Assembly (NCBI GenBank): GCA_963805625.1
Contig: CAWDVE010000021.1
Location: 192,001-256,000 of the forward strand
Reading direction: 5' to 3'
Length of the DNA stretch: 64,000 nt
Origin: an uncultured Candidatus Rokubacteria bacterium
GTDB lineage: Bacteria > Methylomirabilota > Methylomirabilia > Rokubacteriales > DASRDR01
The notes under the pieces were generated by a model. That model did no database searches. It was given only the letters and a program-made list of their open reading frames with translations, and was not told the DNA's origin. Below, one piece after another: positions 41,463 to 59,215 of the stretch. Every line of letters starts with the position of its first letter. The stretch's first letter is position 1. Both the position numbers and the translations under genes were made by a program.

Positions 41463-42458
41463 CTACCTCAGCCAGCCGAGGAGCGCCGAGCTCACCCCGG
41501 CGATCAGCGCCGCCGCCGGGATCGTGAGGACCCACGCCCAGACGATCCGCCCGGCGATGCCCCAGCGCACCGCAGAGAGGCGGGTCGTGGCTCCCACGCC
41601 CACGATGGCCCCGGTGATCGTGTGGGTCGTGCTGACCGGGATCCCGGCCACCGCGGTGCCGATGAGCATCAGCGACCCGGCGGCCTCCGCGCAGAAGCCA
41701 CCGACCGGCCGCAGCCGCGTGATCCCCATGCCCATGGTCTTGACGATCCGCCAGCCGCCGGCGAGCGTCCCCAGCCCGATCGCCGCGTGCGCCGACAGAA
41801 TGACCCACAGGGGGACGTAGAACTCCGATCCGAGGTGACCGGTCGCAAAAAGGAGCCCCGCGATGATCCCCATCGTCTTCTGCGCGTCGTTAGTACCGTG
41901 CCCCAGACTGTAGAAGGCGGCCGACACGAGCTGGAGCCGCCGGAAGAGCCGGTCGACCCGGCCGGGGGACGCGCGGTGGAAGATCCAGAGTACGGCGACC
42001 ATCAGCCCGAAGGCGAGCGCGAGACCGAGGAGCGGCGAGAGGACGATGAAGAGGGCCACCTTGGCCAGGCCGGCCGGGACGAGGCTGCCCACGCCGGCCC
42101 GGGCGACCGCCGCGCCGGCCAGCCCACCGATGAGCGCATGGGAGGAGCTGGACGGGATCCCGCCGTACCAGGTGATCAGGTTCCACGCGATCGCGCCGAT
42201 CAGCGCGGCCAGGATCACGAGCGCGTCCACACTCTCCGGCCGGACGATGCCCTTGCCGATCGTCCGCGCCACGCTCACGCCGAACCCAAACGCCGCGACG
42301 AAGTTGAAGAACGCGGCCCAGACCACGGCCTGGGTGGGGCTGAGCACCCGGGTGGACACGACGGTCGCGATCGAGTTGGCCGCATCGTGGAAGCCATTGA
42401 TGAAATCGAAGAGCAGCGCGACGACGATGATGAAGACGACGAGGGCGAGGGGCTCCAT
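41463..42458 (-). CDS. pit: Inorganic phosphate transporter, PiT family
   Basis: NGFHDAANSIAT, PSSSSHALIGG, HGTNDAQKTMG, PVSTTH. Confidence 0.95.
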   Translation of the reverse strand: MEPLALVVFIIVVALLFDFINGFHDAANSIATVVSTRVLSPTQAVVWAAFFNFVAAFGFGVSVARTIGKGIVRPESVDALVILAALIGAIAWNLITWYGGIPSSSSHALIGGLAGAAVARAGVGSLVPAGLAKVALFIVLSPLLGLALAFGLMVAVLWIFHRASPGRVDRLFRRLQLVSAAFYSLGHGTNDAQKTMGIIAGLLFATGHLGSEFYVPLWVILSAHAAIGLGTLAGGWRIVKTMGMGITRLRPVGGFCAEAAGSLMLIGTAVAGIPVSTTHTITGAIVGVGATTRLSAVRWGIAGRIVWAWVLTIPAAALIAGVSSALLGWLR

Positions 42459-42468
42459 GCGGGCGGGC

Positions 42469-43086
42469 CTAGCCCATCTTCAGCATGATGCCCTCGATCA
42501 CGTTCACGACGTCCTCACATCGGTCGGTGACCTCCTCGAGGGTCTCGTAGATCTCCTTCCACTTGATCACCTCGATCGGGTCGGTCACGTCCGCGAACAG
42601 CGCGGCGATGAGCTCCTTCAGGAGCCGGTCCGCTTCGTTTTCGAGCCGGTTCACCTCGACGCAGTGCTGGTGATACCCCTTGCTCGACGTCCGGAGGCAC
42701 TCCACGGCCGTCTTCACCGAGTCCGCCGTCTTCACGATCACGTCCGCGAAGGCCCGGGCGCCCGAGGTCGGCTCCTTGATCCGGTAGAGGACCAGCCGGT
42801 CCGCGGCCGCCTCGATGAGGTCCAGCACGTCATCGAGCCGCGAAGCCAGCGCGTACACGTCCTCCCGGTCGAAGGGGGTGACGAACGTCGTGTTGATCTT
42901 CCGGATGAGGTCGTGCGTCAGGACATCGCCGGCGTGCTCGAGCTCCTTGATGGCCATGGACTTCGCCGGCGCGTCCGCGAAGTCGAAGATCATCTCGCGG
43001 AGCCGCCCCGCCGCCGCGACGATGTTCCGCCCTTGCTCCTCGAAGAGGTCGAAGAAGCGCTCCTCCCGCGGGATCAGCTGGAACAC
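42469..43086 (-). CDS. DUF47 / PhoU-like Pit accessory protein
   Basis: LEHAGD...TFVTPFDREDV...LDDVLD...LENEAD...WKEIYE.LE..TDRCEDV. Confidence 0.92.
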   Translation of the reverse strand: MFQLIPREERFFDLFEEQGRNIVAAAGRLREMIFDFADAPAKSMAIKELEHAGDVLTHDLIRKINTTFVTPFDREDVYALASRLDDVLDLIEAAADRLVLYRIKEPTSGARAFADVIVKTADSVKTAVECLRTSSKGYHQHCVEVNRLENEADRLLKELIAALFADVTDPIEVIKWKEIYETLEEVTDRCEDVVNVIEGIMLKMG

Positions 43087-43091
43087 GGGCG

Positions 43092-43739
43092 CTATCGCGG
43101 CCGGGCCACGGCGTCACCGCCCCGGGCGCGGGCGCGCCACCATTCCACGCCGATCGGAATCACCGAGAGCACGATGACGATGCCGATCACGATGTGGATG
43201 TAGCGCCCGATGTCCGGAATCGTCCGGCCCAGGAGGTAGCCCGCCCAGGTCAGCCCGACGACCCACCCGATGCCGCCCAGGACGTTGTAGGCGAGGAAGC
43301 GCCGGTACTCCATCCGCCCCACGCCGGCGACGACCGGCGCGAACGTCCGGATGATCGGGATGAACCGGGCGAGGACGATGGTCTTCCCCCCGTGGCGCTC
43401 GTAGAACTCGCGCGTGCGCACCAGATGCGTGCGGCTGAACCACCGCGAATCCTCCCGCGTGAAGATGTGCGGCCCCGTCCGGTACCCGATCGCGTAGCCG
43501 ACGCTGTCCCCCGCGATCGCCGCCACGCTCAGGAGCCCGTTCAGCAGCCAGATGTCGAGGCCGCCTGCGGCGGCGACGAGGCCCGCCGTGATCAGGAGCG
43601 AATCGCCCGGCAGGAAGAAACCGATCAGGAGCCCGGTCTCCGTGAACACGATCGCGACGAGGGCAACGTACCCGCCCCAGCGCACCAGCTCGTAGAGTGC
43701 GCCTGGATCGGTGAGGACCTGGACGAGATATTCGACCAC
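43092..43739 (-). CDS. dedA: DedA family membrane protein
   Basis: FTETGLLIGFFLPGDSLL, GDSVGY, ARFIPIIRTFAP. Confidence 0.93.
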   Translation of the reverse strand: MVEYLVQVLTDPGALYELVRWGGYVALVAIVFTETGLLIGFFLPGDSLLITAGLVAAAGGLDIWLLNGLLSVAAIAGDSVGYAIGYRTGPHIFTREDSRWFSRTHLVRTREFYERHGGKTIVLARFIPIIRTFAPVVAGVGRMEYRRFLAYNVLGGIGWVVGLTWAGYLLGRTIPDIGRYIHIVIGIVIVLSVIPIGVEWWRARARGGDAVARPR

Positions 43740-43751
43740 GCCTCCGTCCCG

Positions 43752-46241
<2,490 letters not shown>

Positions 46242-46388
46242 GTAGAGGTCTCCTGAGGCGAAAGGATGGCGTACGGGTCGGCCGTAGACCGGCGAACAGT
46301 ATAGCAGAGCCGACTCCGCCCGAACCGGGAGCCGGGCAGGGCCGCACGGCCCTTGCCGGGTCGCGGGCGCCATGGCTACGATGAGGCC

Positions 46389-46601
46389 GTGACCGAGGCT
46401 CGCGAGCGGCCGGCCGGAGCGCGTTGCCCGACGTGTGACCGCGCCGTCTCGTGGCCGGGGAATCCCGCGCGGCCCTTCTGCTCGCTCTCCTGCCGGCTGA
46501 TCGACCTCGGAGGCTGGCTGGACGGGACCTTCCGGGTGCCGGGCGCGCCGGCCTCCCGTCCCGCGCCCACCGCGCCGGACGGGACACGCGCCGACGAATG
46601 A
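46389..46601 (+). CDS. yacG: DNA gyrase inhibitor YacG
   Basis: CPTC...RPFCSLSCRLIDLGGWL...FRVPG. Confidence 0.9.
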   Translation: MTEARERPAGARCPTCDRAVSWPGNPARPFCSLSCRLIDLGGWLDGTFRVPGAPASRPAPTAPDGTRADE

Positions 46602-47251
46602 TCGACGACCTCCTGCGCGACCCGGCGGGCGCCGTGCAGATGCTCCTCCTCATGGTCCCCGGGCTCCTCCTGGCCGTGACCGTCCACGAGGTCGCGCACG
46701 GCTGGGTGGCCGAGCGCCTGGGAGACTCGACGGCGCGTCTCGCGGGGCGGCTCACCCTGAACCCGCTTCCGCACATCGACCCGCTGGGCGCGCTCGCGTT
46801 CGTGCTCGCCGGCTTCGGGTGGGCGCGGCCTGTCCCGGTCAACGCGCGGAATCTCCGGCGGCCCGTGCGCGACATGGCATGTGTCGCCGCCGCCGGGCCG
46901 CTCTCGAACCTCGTCGTTGCCTTCCTCGGCCTGGTTCTCCTCGTCCTCACCAGCCGACTCGTGGACGCGCCGTTCGTCACCCGGCCGGTTGCGGGAATGC
47001 TCCGCTACGTGTACACGTTCAATCTCGGCCTTGCGATCTTCAACCTGATCCCGCTCCCGCCGCTCGACGGGGGGCACTTCCTCCCGTACTTCTTTCCCCG
47101 CCGGTCGTGGCCACTCCTGGCGCGGCTCGAGCAATACGGCCCGCTCATCCTGCTGCTGCTCGTCTTTTCCGGAGCGACCCGCTACATCGTCGGGCCCCTT
47201 TTCGGCCTGGTTAACGCGCTCTACCTCACGGTGCTGCGGGCGCTCCTCTAG
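46598..47251 (+). CDS. Site-2 protease, M50 family
   Basis: HEVAHG, GRLTLNPLPHIDPLG, AGPLSN, FNLIPLPPLDG; ATGA overlap with yacG. Confidence 0.92.
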   Translation: MIDDLLRDPAGAVQMLLLMVPGLLLAVTVHEVAHGWVAERLGDSTARLAGRLTLNPLPHIDPLGALAFVLAGFGWARPVPVNARNLRRPVRDMACVAAAGPLSNLVVAFLGLVLLVLTSRLVDAPFVTRPVAGMLRYVYTFNLGLAIFNLIPLPPLDGGHFLPYFFPRRSWPLLARLEQYGPLILLLLVFSGATRYIVGPLFGLVNALYLTVLRALL

Positions 47252-47285
47252 CCGGCCGGAGAGCGGCGGCCCCGGAACAGGTCCC

Positions 47286-47328
47286 GAAACAGACGAAGGG
47301 CCCGGATCTCGCGATCCGAGCCCTTCGT
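47286..47328 (-). terminator. rRNA operon terminator hairpin (possibly bidirectional)
   Basis: ACGAAGGGCTCGGATC/GATCCGGGCCCTTCGT stem followed by CTGTTT on the minus strand. Confidence 0.75.
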
Positions 47329-47335
47329 GGTAATA

Positions 47336-47453
<118 letters not shown>

Positions 47454-47523
47454 ATCGGCAAGCCTCACACGCGATCCTCGAGCGCCGTCACGTCGAATCA
47501 GGATTGGAAAGAAGCCAATCCGC

Positions 47524-50519
<2,996 letters not shown>

Positions 50520-50616
50520 ACGGACTAATTTCGAAGACGCTCTGGCTTCTCGAGGATCGCGTATGCGGTTGTCAAAGAGCCGAGGGACCCCTGAGGGCCC
50601 CAAACCTTCCGACACC

Positions 50617-50692
50617 TGGTGGAGATGACCGGAATCGAACCGGCGACCCCCTGCTTGCAAAGCAGGTGCTCTCCCAACTGAGCTACATCCCC
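50617..50692 (-). tRNA. tRNA-Ala (UGC)
   Basis: GGGGATGTAGCTCAG...CTTTGCAAG...TTCGATT...ACCA with G3:U70; in the ITS. Confidence 0.97.
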
Positions 50693-50696
50693 CAAG

Positions 50697-50773
50697 TGGT
50701 GGGCCTTCCTGGGATCGAACCAGGGACCTCGCGCTTATCAAGCGCGCGCTCTAACCAACTGAGCTAAAGGCCC
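50697..50773 (-). tRNA. tRNA-Ile (GAU)
   Basis: GGGCCTTTAGCTCAG...CGCGC-TTGATAA-GCGCG...ACCA; in the ITS. Confidence 0.97.
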
Positions 50774-50863
50774 GGGGAAAAAAATGCTACTGGCTCGACC
50801 GGCAGGTGTTCCGACCTAGTTGATCTGATCAGGAGCTCCTCGGTCGAGGCGCTCCCGATTCGA

Positions 50864-52430
<1,567 letters not shown>

Positions 52431-52526
52431 ATATCGAGCATATTACACAGCCCCGTCGTCGGCCTTGCGGCCTCGGACAGGGCAAGGGCATGCACACCAT
52501 ATCGGTGAGCCAGTAGCATATTCGGC

Positions 52527-52538
52527 TTTCAAAGAGCA
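52527..52538 (-). promoter_or_regulatory. rrn leader boxA antitermination site
   Basis: TGCTCTTTGAAA; a second boxA GCTCTTTGACAA at 50580-50569 precedes 23S. Confidence 0.8.
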
Positions 52539-52635
52539 GAGACAGCCGGGTCAAGAACGACGACCGGTGATGCGAGATCAGCCGGGCGGGTGTCTCAACC
52601 GAAGCCCAAGCCGAAGACGGCCTAGGCAAAGGCAA

Positions 52636-52664
52636 ATATTAAGACCTCAGGCGCTCCCTGTCAA
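52636..52664 (-). promoter_or_regulatory. Sigma-70 promoter of the rRNA operon
   Basis: TTGACA (52664-59), 17-nt spacer, TAATAT (52641-36). Confidence 0.8.
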
Positions 52665-53932
52665 GGGGTTTTCCCGGACGGGGAGGAGCCCGGTGCCGGG
52701 ACGCCCCGGAGCCGGGCAAAATCGCGACGCCCCCGTTGCACCAGGCGCGTCTCCCCGGGCCGGATCTCCACGGTTTGATAGGGATCTTCGACCCGGTCCC
52801 CATCGATCCGGATCCCGCCCTGCTGGACGAGCCGGCGGGCCTCACTGGCCGAGGAGGCGAGCCGGGTGGCGAGGACGACCTCGAAGACCCGCACCGGAGT
52901 CCCAGGTGGGGATACGGGGTAGGTGACCTCGCGCACTTCGTCGGGCACCTCCCGGGCCTGATACTGCCGGACGAAGCCGTCATCGGCGGCCTGCGCCGCC
53001 GCCGCCCCGTGGAAGCGGCTGACGACGAGTTGGGCCAGCCGTTTCTTCGCCTCCATGGGATGGAGCGAGCCGTCCTGGACGCCCGCCGTCACCGCCTCCA
53101 CCTCGGCGGGCCCGAGGCCGCTCACCAGCGGGTAGTACGCGAGCATGACGGCATCGGAGACGGACATGAGCTTGCCGTACATCTCGGCGGGCGGCTCGGT
53201 GATCCCGATGTAGTTCCCGAGGCTCTTCGACATCTTCTGGACGCCGTCGGTGCCCACCAGGATCGGCATCGTGATCGAGATCTGGGGCTCCTGACCGACC
53301 GCCCGCTGGAGGTCCCGTCCCACCAAGAGATTGAAGGTCTGATCGGTGCCGCCCATCTCGACGTCCGTCCCGAGCGCGACCGAATCCTGGGCCTGAAAGA
53401 GCGGGTACAGGAACTCGTGGAGGTGGATCGGGCGCTCGGCCTCGTAGCGCGTGGCAAAGTCCTCGCGGGAGAGGAGGCGTGCCACCGTGACGTGCGCGGT
53501 CATGCGGATCACGTCCTCCGCCCTCAGCGGGGCGAGCCACGCCGAGTTGAAGACCACGCGGGTCCGCTCGGGGTCGAGGATCTTGAATACCTGGTCGCGG
53601 TATGTCTGGGCGTTGGCCTCCACCTCGACCCGGGTGAGCGGCTTTCGCGTCTCGGACTTCCCCGTCGGGTCGCCGATCAGCCCGGTGAAATCGCCGATCA
53701 CGAAGTGGACCGTGTGCCCGAGATCCTGAAACTGCCGCATCTTCTGGATCACGACGGTATGCCCAAGATGCAGGTCCGGCGCGGTCGGGTCGAAGCCGAC
53801 CTTGACCCGGAGAGGCGCACCCGCACGCCGCGCGCGCTCAAGCTTCCCCCGCAGCTCGTCCTCGCTGACGATCGCGGCGGTCCCGAGGCGGATCCGCGCG
53901 AGCTGCTCGTCGACGGGCGGGGAGGAGGCCAT
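52661..53932 (-). CDS. tyrS: Tyrosine--tRNA ligase
   Basis: [27 protein letters not shown]-terminal S4 domain. Confidence 0.97.
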   Translation of the reverse strand: MASSPPVDEQLARIRLGTAAIVSEDELRGKLERARRAGAPLRVKVGFDPTAPDLHLGHTVVIQKMRQFQDLGHTVHFVIGDFTGLIGDPTGKSETRKPLTRVEVEANAQTYRDQVFKILDPERTRVVFNSAWLAPLRAEDVIRMTAHVTVARLLSREDFATRYEAERPIHLHEFLYPLFQAQDSVALGTDVEMGGTDQTFNLLVGRDLQRAVGQEPQISITMPILVGTDGVQKMSKSLGNYIGITEPPAEMYGKLMSVSDAVMLAYYPLVSGLGPAEVEAVTAGVQDGSLHPMEAKKRLAQLVVSRFHGAAAAQAADDGFVRQYQAREVPDEVREVTYPVSPPGTPVRVFEVVLATRLASSASEARRLVQQGGIRIDGDRVEDPYQTVEIRPGETRLVQRGRRDFARLRGVPAPGSSPSGKTP

Positions 53933-54042
53933 GGCGGGAGGGTTGTAGCACAGGCCCCGGGCCCTCGCAAGCAACGGAGGTCCAGGAGGGCCGAGGGTAT
54001 AATGGGCGAGTTTCCCAGGCTTCACGGGAGGTCCGCGCCATC

Positions 54043-56034
54043 GTGTCCGCACGCCGTCGCCGTCGCCCTTCGGTGCCCGGTCAGCGCGCTGCGTCCGGCA
54101 GCCGTCGCCGTCGCTGGCGCTTCGTCCCCCCGTGGCCCTCGTGGCGTGTTGTCCGATGGATCCTGCTGCCTCTGCTCCTCCTTGCGGTCCTCGCGGTCGC
54201 TGGCGTCGCCGTCGCCGCGTATGTGTACTGGCCGACCGACCTCCCGCCGGTGAAGGCCCTGGAGGAGTACACGCCGAGTGTCGGGAGTCGGGTCTACGCG
54301 GACGACGACGAGTTCCTCACCGAGTTCCAGGCGGAGAAGCGCATCTTCGTGCCGTTCCAGCAAATCCCGGTGGCTCTGCGCAACGCGATCATCGCCGTGG
54401 AGGACGCGCGCTTCTACTCGCACTTCGGGGTCGACGTCCGGGGCATCCTCCGCGCCGCCTATGCGAACTTCCGCCATGGCCGCGTCGTGGAGGGCGGCAG
54501 CACCATCACCCAGCAGCTCGCCAAGGTGCTGTTCCTCACGCCGGACCGGAGCTTCTCCCGCAAGGTCAAGGAAGCCCTGCTGGCGTTCGAGCTCGAGAAA
54601 CGGTACTCGAAGGACCGGCTCCTCGAGCTCTACCTCAACCAGGTCTACATGGGTCACGGCGCGTTCGGGGTCGAGGCGGCGGCCCGGATGTACTTCGGCA
54701 AGTCGGTCCAGGACCTCACGCTGCCCGAGGCCGCCATGCTCGCCGCGCTCCCGCGCTCGCCGGGCAACTACTCGCCCTTCGAACGTCCCGAGCTGGCCCA
54801 GCGGCGGCGGGCGATCGTGGTGGGCCGCCTGCTCGAGCACGGGTACATCAGCGAGGCCGAGGCCAAGGCGACCAACCGGGCGCCGCTCGGTCTCGTCTCC
54901 TCGGAGCGCCGCCGGGGCAGCGGCCAGTACTTCCTCGAGTACCTCCAGCAGAGCCTCGAGGCCAAGTACGGGAGCGACGTCCTCTACAAGAGCGGTCTCG
55001 CCATCTATACCACCCTCGACCCGGTCCTTCAGCGAGCGGCGGAACAGGCCCTCCGGGACGGACTCCAGTCCCTGGCCGGGCGGCAGGGCGCGCGCGCCGC
55101 TGCCCGGGGCAAGGGCAGCACGGCCCCCGTGGTGCCAGAGGGGGCGGTCGTGGTGATCGAGGCCGCCACCGGCTACGTCAAGGCTCTGATCGGAGGGGAC
55201 GACTTCGCCCGGACCGAGTTCAACCGCGCGCTCCACGCGCATCGCCAGCCGGGATCGGCCTTCAAGCCGTTCGTCTACCTGGCGGCGCTCGAGGCCGGCC
55301 ATGCCCCGACCGAGATCCTCGACGACAGCCCGATCCGATACGTATCCGCGGGCAAGGTCTGGGCGCCCGAGAACTACGACGGCAAGTTCCGCGGGCCGGT
55401 CACGCTCCAGCAAGCGCTGGAGGAGTCGATCAACGTGCCGACCATCCGGCTCCTCGAGCAGGTCGGCGTGAGTCCGGTCATCGAGGCAGCACGGCGGGCC
55501 GGCATCCAGAGCCCGCTCCCGCATGACCTCACCCTCGCGCTCGGCAGCGGTGACGTGACGCTCCTCGAGCTCACCGCAGCCTACGGCACCTTCGCCAACC
55601 AGGGCATCCGCATGGAGCCGCTCATGGTCCGGTACGTGACGGACGCCCAGGGCCGCCTCGTCGAGGAGAACATCCCGCAGGGGCGGGAGGCCATCGACCC
55701 CGGCATCGCCAACGGGCTGACCCAGATGCTCCGCGGCGTCGTCGAGCGAGGCAGCGGGGTGGGCGCGCGGGTCCTCGAGCGGCCCCTCGCGGGCAAGACG
55801 GGCACGACGAACGACTTCTCCAATGCCTGGTTCGTGGGCTACACGCCCTCGATCGTGGCCGGGGTCTGGGTCGGCCACGATCGCCCCCGGAGCCTCGGCC
55901 ACGACGAGACGGGCGCGCGCGCCGCGCTGCCGATCTGGGTCGCGGTGATGCGCACGGCGCTCAGGGGCCAGCCCGTCGAGGACTTTCCCGCCCCCCCGGC
56001 CCCGCCGGCTGGCGCCCAGGCGGCGCGGCCCTGA
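54043..56034 (+). CDS. mrcA: Class A penicillin-binding protein (PBP1A family)
   Basis: TG motifs [25 protein letters not shown]; TP motifs SAFK, SIN, KTG; TATAAT at 53998-54003. Confidence 0.93.
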   Translation: MSARRRRRPSVPGQRAASGSRRRRWRFVPPWPSWRVVRWILLPLLLLAVLAVAGVAVAAYVYWPTDLPPVKALEEYTPSVGSRVYADDDEFLTEFQAEKRIFVPFQQIPVALRNAIIAVEDARFYSHFGVDVRGILRAAYANFRHGRVVEGGSTITQQLAKVLFLTPDRSFSRKVKEALLAFELEKRYSKDRLLELYLNQVYMGHGAFGVEAAARMYFGKSVQDLTLPEAAMLAALPRSPGNYSPFERPELAQRRRAIVVGRLLEHGYISEAEAKATNRAPLGLVSSERRRGSGQYFLEYLQQSLEAKYGSDVLYKSGLAIYTTLDPVLQRAAEQALRDGLQSLAGRQGARAAARGKGSTAPVVPEGAVVVIEAATGYVKALIGGDDFARTEFNRALHAHRQPGSAFKPFVYLAALEAGHAPTEILDDSPIRYVSAGKVWAPENYDGKFRGPVTLQQALEESINVPTIRLLEQVGVSPVIEAARRAGIQSPLPHDLTLALGSGDVTLLELTAAYGTFANQGIRMEPLMVRYVTDAQGRLVEENIPQGREAIDPGIANGLTQMLRGVVERGSGVGARVLERPLAGKTGTTNDFSNAWFVGYTPSIVAGVWVGHDRPRSLGHDETGARAALPIWVAVMRTALRGQPVEDFPAPPAPPAGAQAARP

Positions 56035-56059
56035 CGGCCGCGCCCGGCGGCGGGCGCGC

Positions 56060-56818
56060 CTACCCTTTGGGGTGCGGGGCGCGGGTCCGGGCCAGGAAGC
56101 GCGGCGCCCGGAGCGGGGCGCCGATCAGCGCCGCGAGGTAGTCGTCGAGGACCGTGGCCGCCGCCTGCTCCACGGCGGGCGCGAGCCGGGCGCCGAGGCG
56201 CGCCTCCCACGACGCCGTCTGAAGCCCCCGGAGGGCCGCTGCCACCGCCGGGGCGAGGAACGGCCCGCCCGCGCGGCAATACCCGCAGACCATGCTGCCC
56301 TCGACCGCATCGAACGCGACCCCCTGCGTGCTGACCGGCCGGTCGCAGCGTCCACACCGATCGAGCCGGGGCCGGTGGCCGAGCAGGTCGAGGAGCCGGA
56401 GCGCGAAGGCGAGCTGGACGCGGGCCGGCGCCGCGCCCGCGTCCAGCGCGCGGAGCCCCCGGAGGAGGAGCGCGAAGCAGAGGGGCTGCGCATCGCGCTC
56501 GGCCGTGAGCCGCGACACCGCCTCGATCATCCGCGCCCCCTGCCCGAGGCATTCGAGATCGTCGCGGAGCCGCCGGAACGGCTGCCGGATGTCGAAGTGA
56601 TCGAGCTGCACCAGCGCGCGCCCCTCGCGCTCGAAGCCGACCGCATCGCCCCAGGTGAAGAGTTCCAGCGCTCCGGCGAAACGCGAGCGGAGCCGGCGCG
56701 CGCCCCGGGCGACGACCGCGAGCCGCCCGTGCTCCCGGGTGTAGAGCGTGACGAGCCGATCGTACTCCCCCAGATCCCAGGCCTGGAGGACGATCCCCTC
56801 GGTCCGGAGGAGCGGCAC
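56060..56818 (-). CDS. recO: DNA repair protein RecO
   Basis: TEGIVL...GEYDRLVTLYTREHG...ARGAR; CGRC...CGYC zinc finger; follows era. Confidence 0.92.
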   Translation of the reverse strand: MPLLRTEGIVLQAWDLGEYDRLVTLYTREHGRLAVVARGARRLRSRFAGALELFTWGDAVGFEREGRALVQLDHFDIRQPFRRLRDDLECLGQGARMIEAVSRLTAERDAQPLCFALLLRGLRALDAGAAPARVQLAFALRLLDLLGHRPRLDRCGRCDRPVSTQGVAFDAVEGSMVCGYCRAGGPFLAPAVAAALRGLQTASWEARLGARLAPAVEQAAATVLDDYLAALIGAPLRAPRFLARTRAPHPKG

Positions 56819-56830
56819 CGCGGCCGCGCC

Positions 56831-57763
56831 TCAGGACGTCCGCTGGAAGCCGAGCTCGCGCAGCGCCCGGTCGTCCTGCCGCCAGTCCCGCCGCACGCGG
56901 ACGCGGAGATCGAGAAAGACCCGCACTCCGAAGAACGCCTCGAGCTCCCGCCGCGCGGCCTGGCCAACCCGCTTGAGCATCGCCCCACCCTCGCCGATGA
57001 CGATGGCCTTCTGGGACGGGCGCTCGACGAAGATCTCCCCGCGAATGTAGAGCGGGGCATCCGGCCCCCGCTCGACGAGCTCCTCGACCCGGACGGCGCA
57101 GGCGTACGGCACCTCCTGCCGCATGGCCAGGAAGAGCTTCTCCCGGATCGTCTCGGCGACGAAGAACGTCTCCGGCTGGTCGGTCACCGTGTCGGCCGGG
57201 TAGAGCGCCGGGCCGATGGGAAGGAGCCCGAGCGCCACCGCCTCGAGCCGGTCCACGCCCGTCCCGTTCTTGGCCGAGATGGGCACGAGCGCTCGAAAGG
57301 GGTAGCGGGCGGCGTAGGTCTCGAGGCGCGGCAGGAGCTTGGTCTTGGCGGGCACGAGGTCGATCTTGTTCAGCGCCAGCACGACGGGCGCGGTGACGGA
57401 TCGGAGCGCCTGGAAGGCTTCCTCCGTGCTCGCATCCACGGGCGCCGTCGCGTCGGCGACGAGGATGACGACGTCGACCTCCTGCAGGGCCTGCGCCACG
57501 GTCGACGCCAGGAACCGCCCGAGCTTGCCGCGCGGGGGATGGAGGCCGGGCGTGTCCACGTAGATGATCTGGCCTTCCGGGCGCGTTCGGATCCCGCGGA
57601 TGCGGTTCCGTGTGGTCTGCGGCTTCGGGGTGACGATGGCCAGCTTCTGGCCGAGCAGGCGGTTGAACAGCGTCGACTTGCCGACGTTGGGCCGGCCGAT
57701 CAGGCTCGCGAAGCCGGCGCGATGATCAGGCGCCGACGTGGAGGGTTCGGGCGGGGCGCTCAT
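56831..57763 (-). CDS. era: GTPase Era
   Basis: GRPNVGKST, PQTTR, DTPG, NKID, KH domain IVIGEGG. Confidence 0.96.
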   Translation of the reverse strand: MSAPPEPSTSAPDHRAGFASLIGRPNVGKSTLFNRLLGQKLAIVTPKPQTTRNRIRGIRTRPEGQIIYVDTPGLHPPRGKLGRFLASTVAQALQEVDVVILVADATAPVDASTEEAFQALRSVTAPVVLALNKIDLVPAKTKLLPRLETYAARYPFRALVPISAKNGTGVDRLEAVALGLLPIGPALYPADTVTDQPETFFVAETIREKLFLAMRQEVPYACAVRVEELVERGPDAPLYIRGEIFVERPSQKAIVIGEGGAMLKRVGQAARRELEAFFGVRVFLDLRVRVRRDWRQDDRALRELGFQRTS

Positions 57764-58187
57764 AGAGCCGTCCAAGCAGGTCCATCTCGCGCGCGTGCAT
57801 CAGGCGCGCCTCCCGGGGCTCGCGGTCGTCATAGCCGATGAGGTGGAGACACGCGTGGCAGCACAGGAGGTCGAGCTCCTCGCGCAGGGAGTGTCCCAGC
57901 GCCCGCGCCTGGCGCCGCGCCGTTTCGACCGAGATGATCGCCTCTCCGACCACGGCGGCCGGTCCGGCCAGGGGGAACGCGAGGACATCGGTCCGCCGGC
58001 GCACACCGCGGTAGCGGGCGTTCAAGGCCCGGATCGTCCGATCGTCCACAAGCGTCAGGCTCAGCTCGTGGTCCCACACGCCCAGCGCCCGGAGCGCGGT
58101 CCGGACCGTACGGCGGATGCGCTGGAGGTCGACGGGCAGGGACTGCCGGTTGGCGACGACGATCACGTCTCGCGCCGCCGGCTCCAC
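57726..58187 (-). CDS. ybeY: rRNA maturation RNase YbeY
   Basis: LNARYRG...TDVLAFP...HACLHLIGYDD (third His of the usual HGxLHLxGYDH appears as Asp). Confidence 0.88.
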   Translation of the reverse strand: MEPAARDVIVVANRQSLPVDLQRIRRTVRTALRALGVWDHELSLTLVDDRTIRALNARYRGVRRRTDVLAFPLAGPAAVVGEAIISVETARRQARALGHSLREELDLLCCHACLHLIGYDDREPREARLMHAREMDLLGRLYERPARTLHVGA

Positions 58188-59134
58188 TCGTCGTAGGCGC
58201 GCACGATCTCGGAGACGAGCTCGTGCCGCACAACGTCCTTTTCGGTGAAGTAGACGAAGCGGATCCCCGCCACGGACTTGAGCACCGATTGAATCTCGAT
58301 CAGCCCGGACGCGCGCGTCGAGGGCAGGTCCACCTGCGTGATGTCCCCCGTGATCACCATGCGCGAGTTGAACCCAAGGCGCGTCAGGAACATCTTCATC
58401 TGCTCGGACGTCGTGTTCTGCGCCTCGTCGAGCACGATGAACGCGTCGTTCAGCGTGCGGCCGCGCATGTACGCGAGCGGCGCGATCTCGATGGCACCGC
58501 GCTCGGTCATGGTGGCGGCCTTCTCCGGCTCCATCATGTCGTAGAGCGCATCGTAGAGAGGCCGGAGATAGGGGTGCACCTTCTCGTACATGTCGCCGGG
58601 CAGGAAGCCGAGCCGCTCGCCCGCCTCGACCGCCGGCCGCGTCAGGATGATCCGCGCGACCTCGCGGCGCGTCAGGGCCGAGACCGCCATTGCCATCGCG
58701 AGATACGACTTCCCGGTCCCCGCGGGGCCGATCCCGACCACGACGTCGTGCCCGCGAATGGCCTCGACGTAGCGCTTCTGGTTGAGCGTCTTCGGGGTGA
58801 TCTGCTTCTTGCGAGAGGGCACCGGGATGGCATCGAGGAAGATGCTCTTGAGATCGGCGCTCGCATCGTCGGCCAGGACGCGCAGGGCGGCGCGAACGTC
58901 CGACGCCTGGACCGGCAGCCCAGCCCCGAGCCGAGCCAGGAGCTCCTCCACGATGCGGGCCCCACGCTCCACCTGCCGCTCGTCCCCCCGGAGGGTGATC
59001 TCGTTCCCACGGGCGACGATCCGGAGGGCAAGCTCCGCCTCCAGCAGGCGCAGGTTCTCGTCGTTCCGGCCCAGCAGGGCCCCGAGGTCGACCTCGGAGG
59101 CAAGCGTGAGACGCTGGGTGGTGGGCTCAGCCAC
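58163..59134 (-). CDS. phoH: PhoH/YbeZ family ATPase
   Basis: GPAGTGKSYLA, RPAVEAGERLGFLPGD, YMRGRTL, DEAQN, DVVRH. Confidence 0.95.
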   Translation of the reverse strand: MAEPTTQRLTLASEVDLGALLGRNDENLRLLEAELALRIVARGNEITLRGDERQVERGARIVEELLARLGAGLPVQASDVRAALRVLADDASADLKSIFLDAIPVPSRKKQITPKTLNQKRYVEAIRGHDVVVGIGPAGTGKSYLAMAMAVSALTRREVARIILTRPAVEAGERLGFLPGDMYEKVHPYLRPLYDALYDMMEPEKAATMTERGAIEIAPLAYMRGRTLNDAFIVLDEAQNTTSEQMKMFLTRLGFNSRMVITGDITQVDLPSTRASGLIEIQSVLKSVAGIRFVYFTEKDVVRHELVSEIVRAYDEWSRRRET

Positions 59135-59215
59135 GCGGCGGGCTCTCGACCTCCGTCACAACCCCTCGGGTATCACACGCGCCGGACCGTGTCAATTTCC
59201 CGGTGCTTCGCGGCG

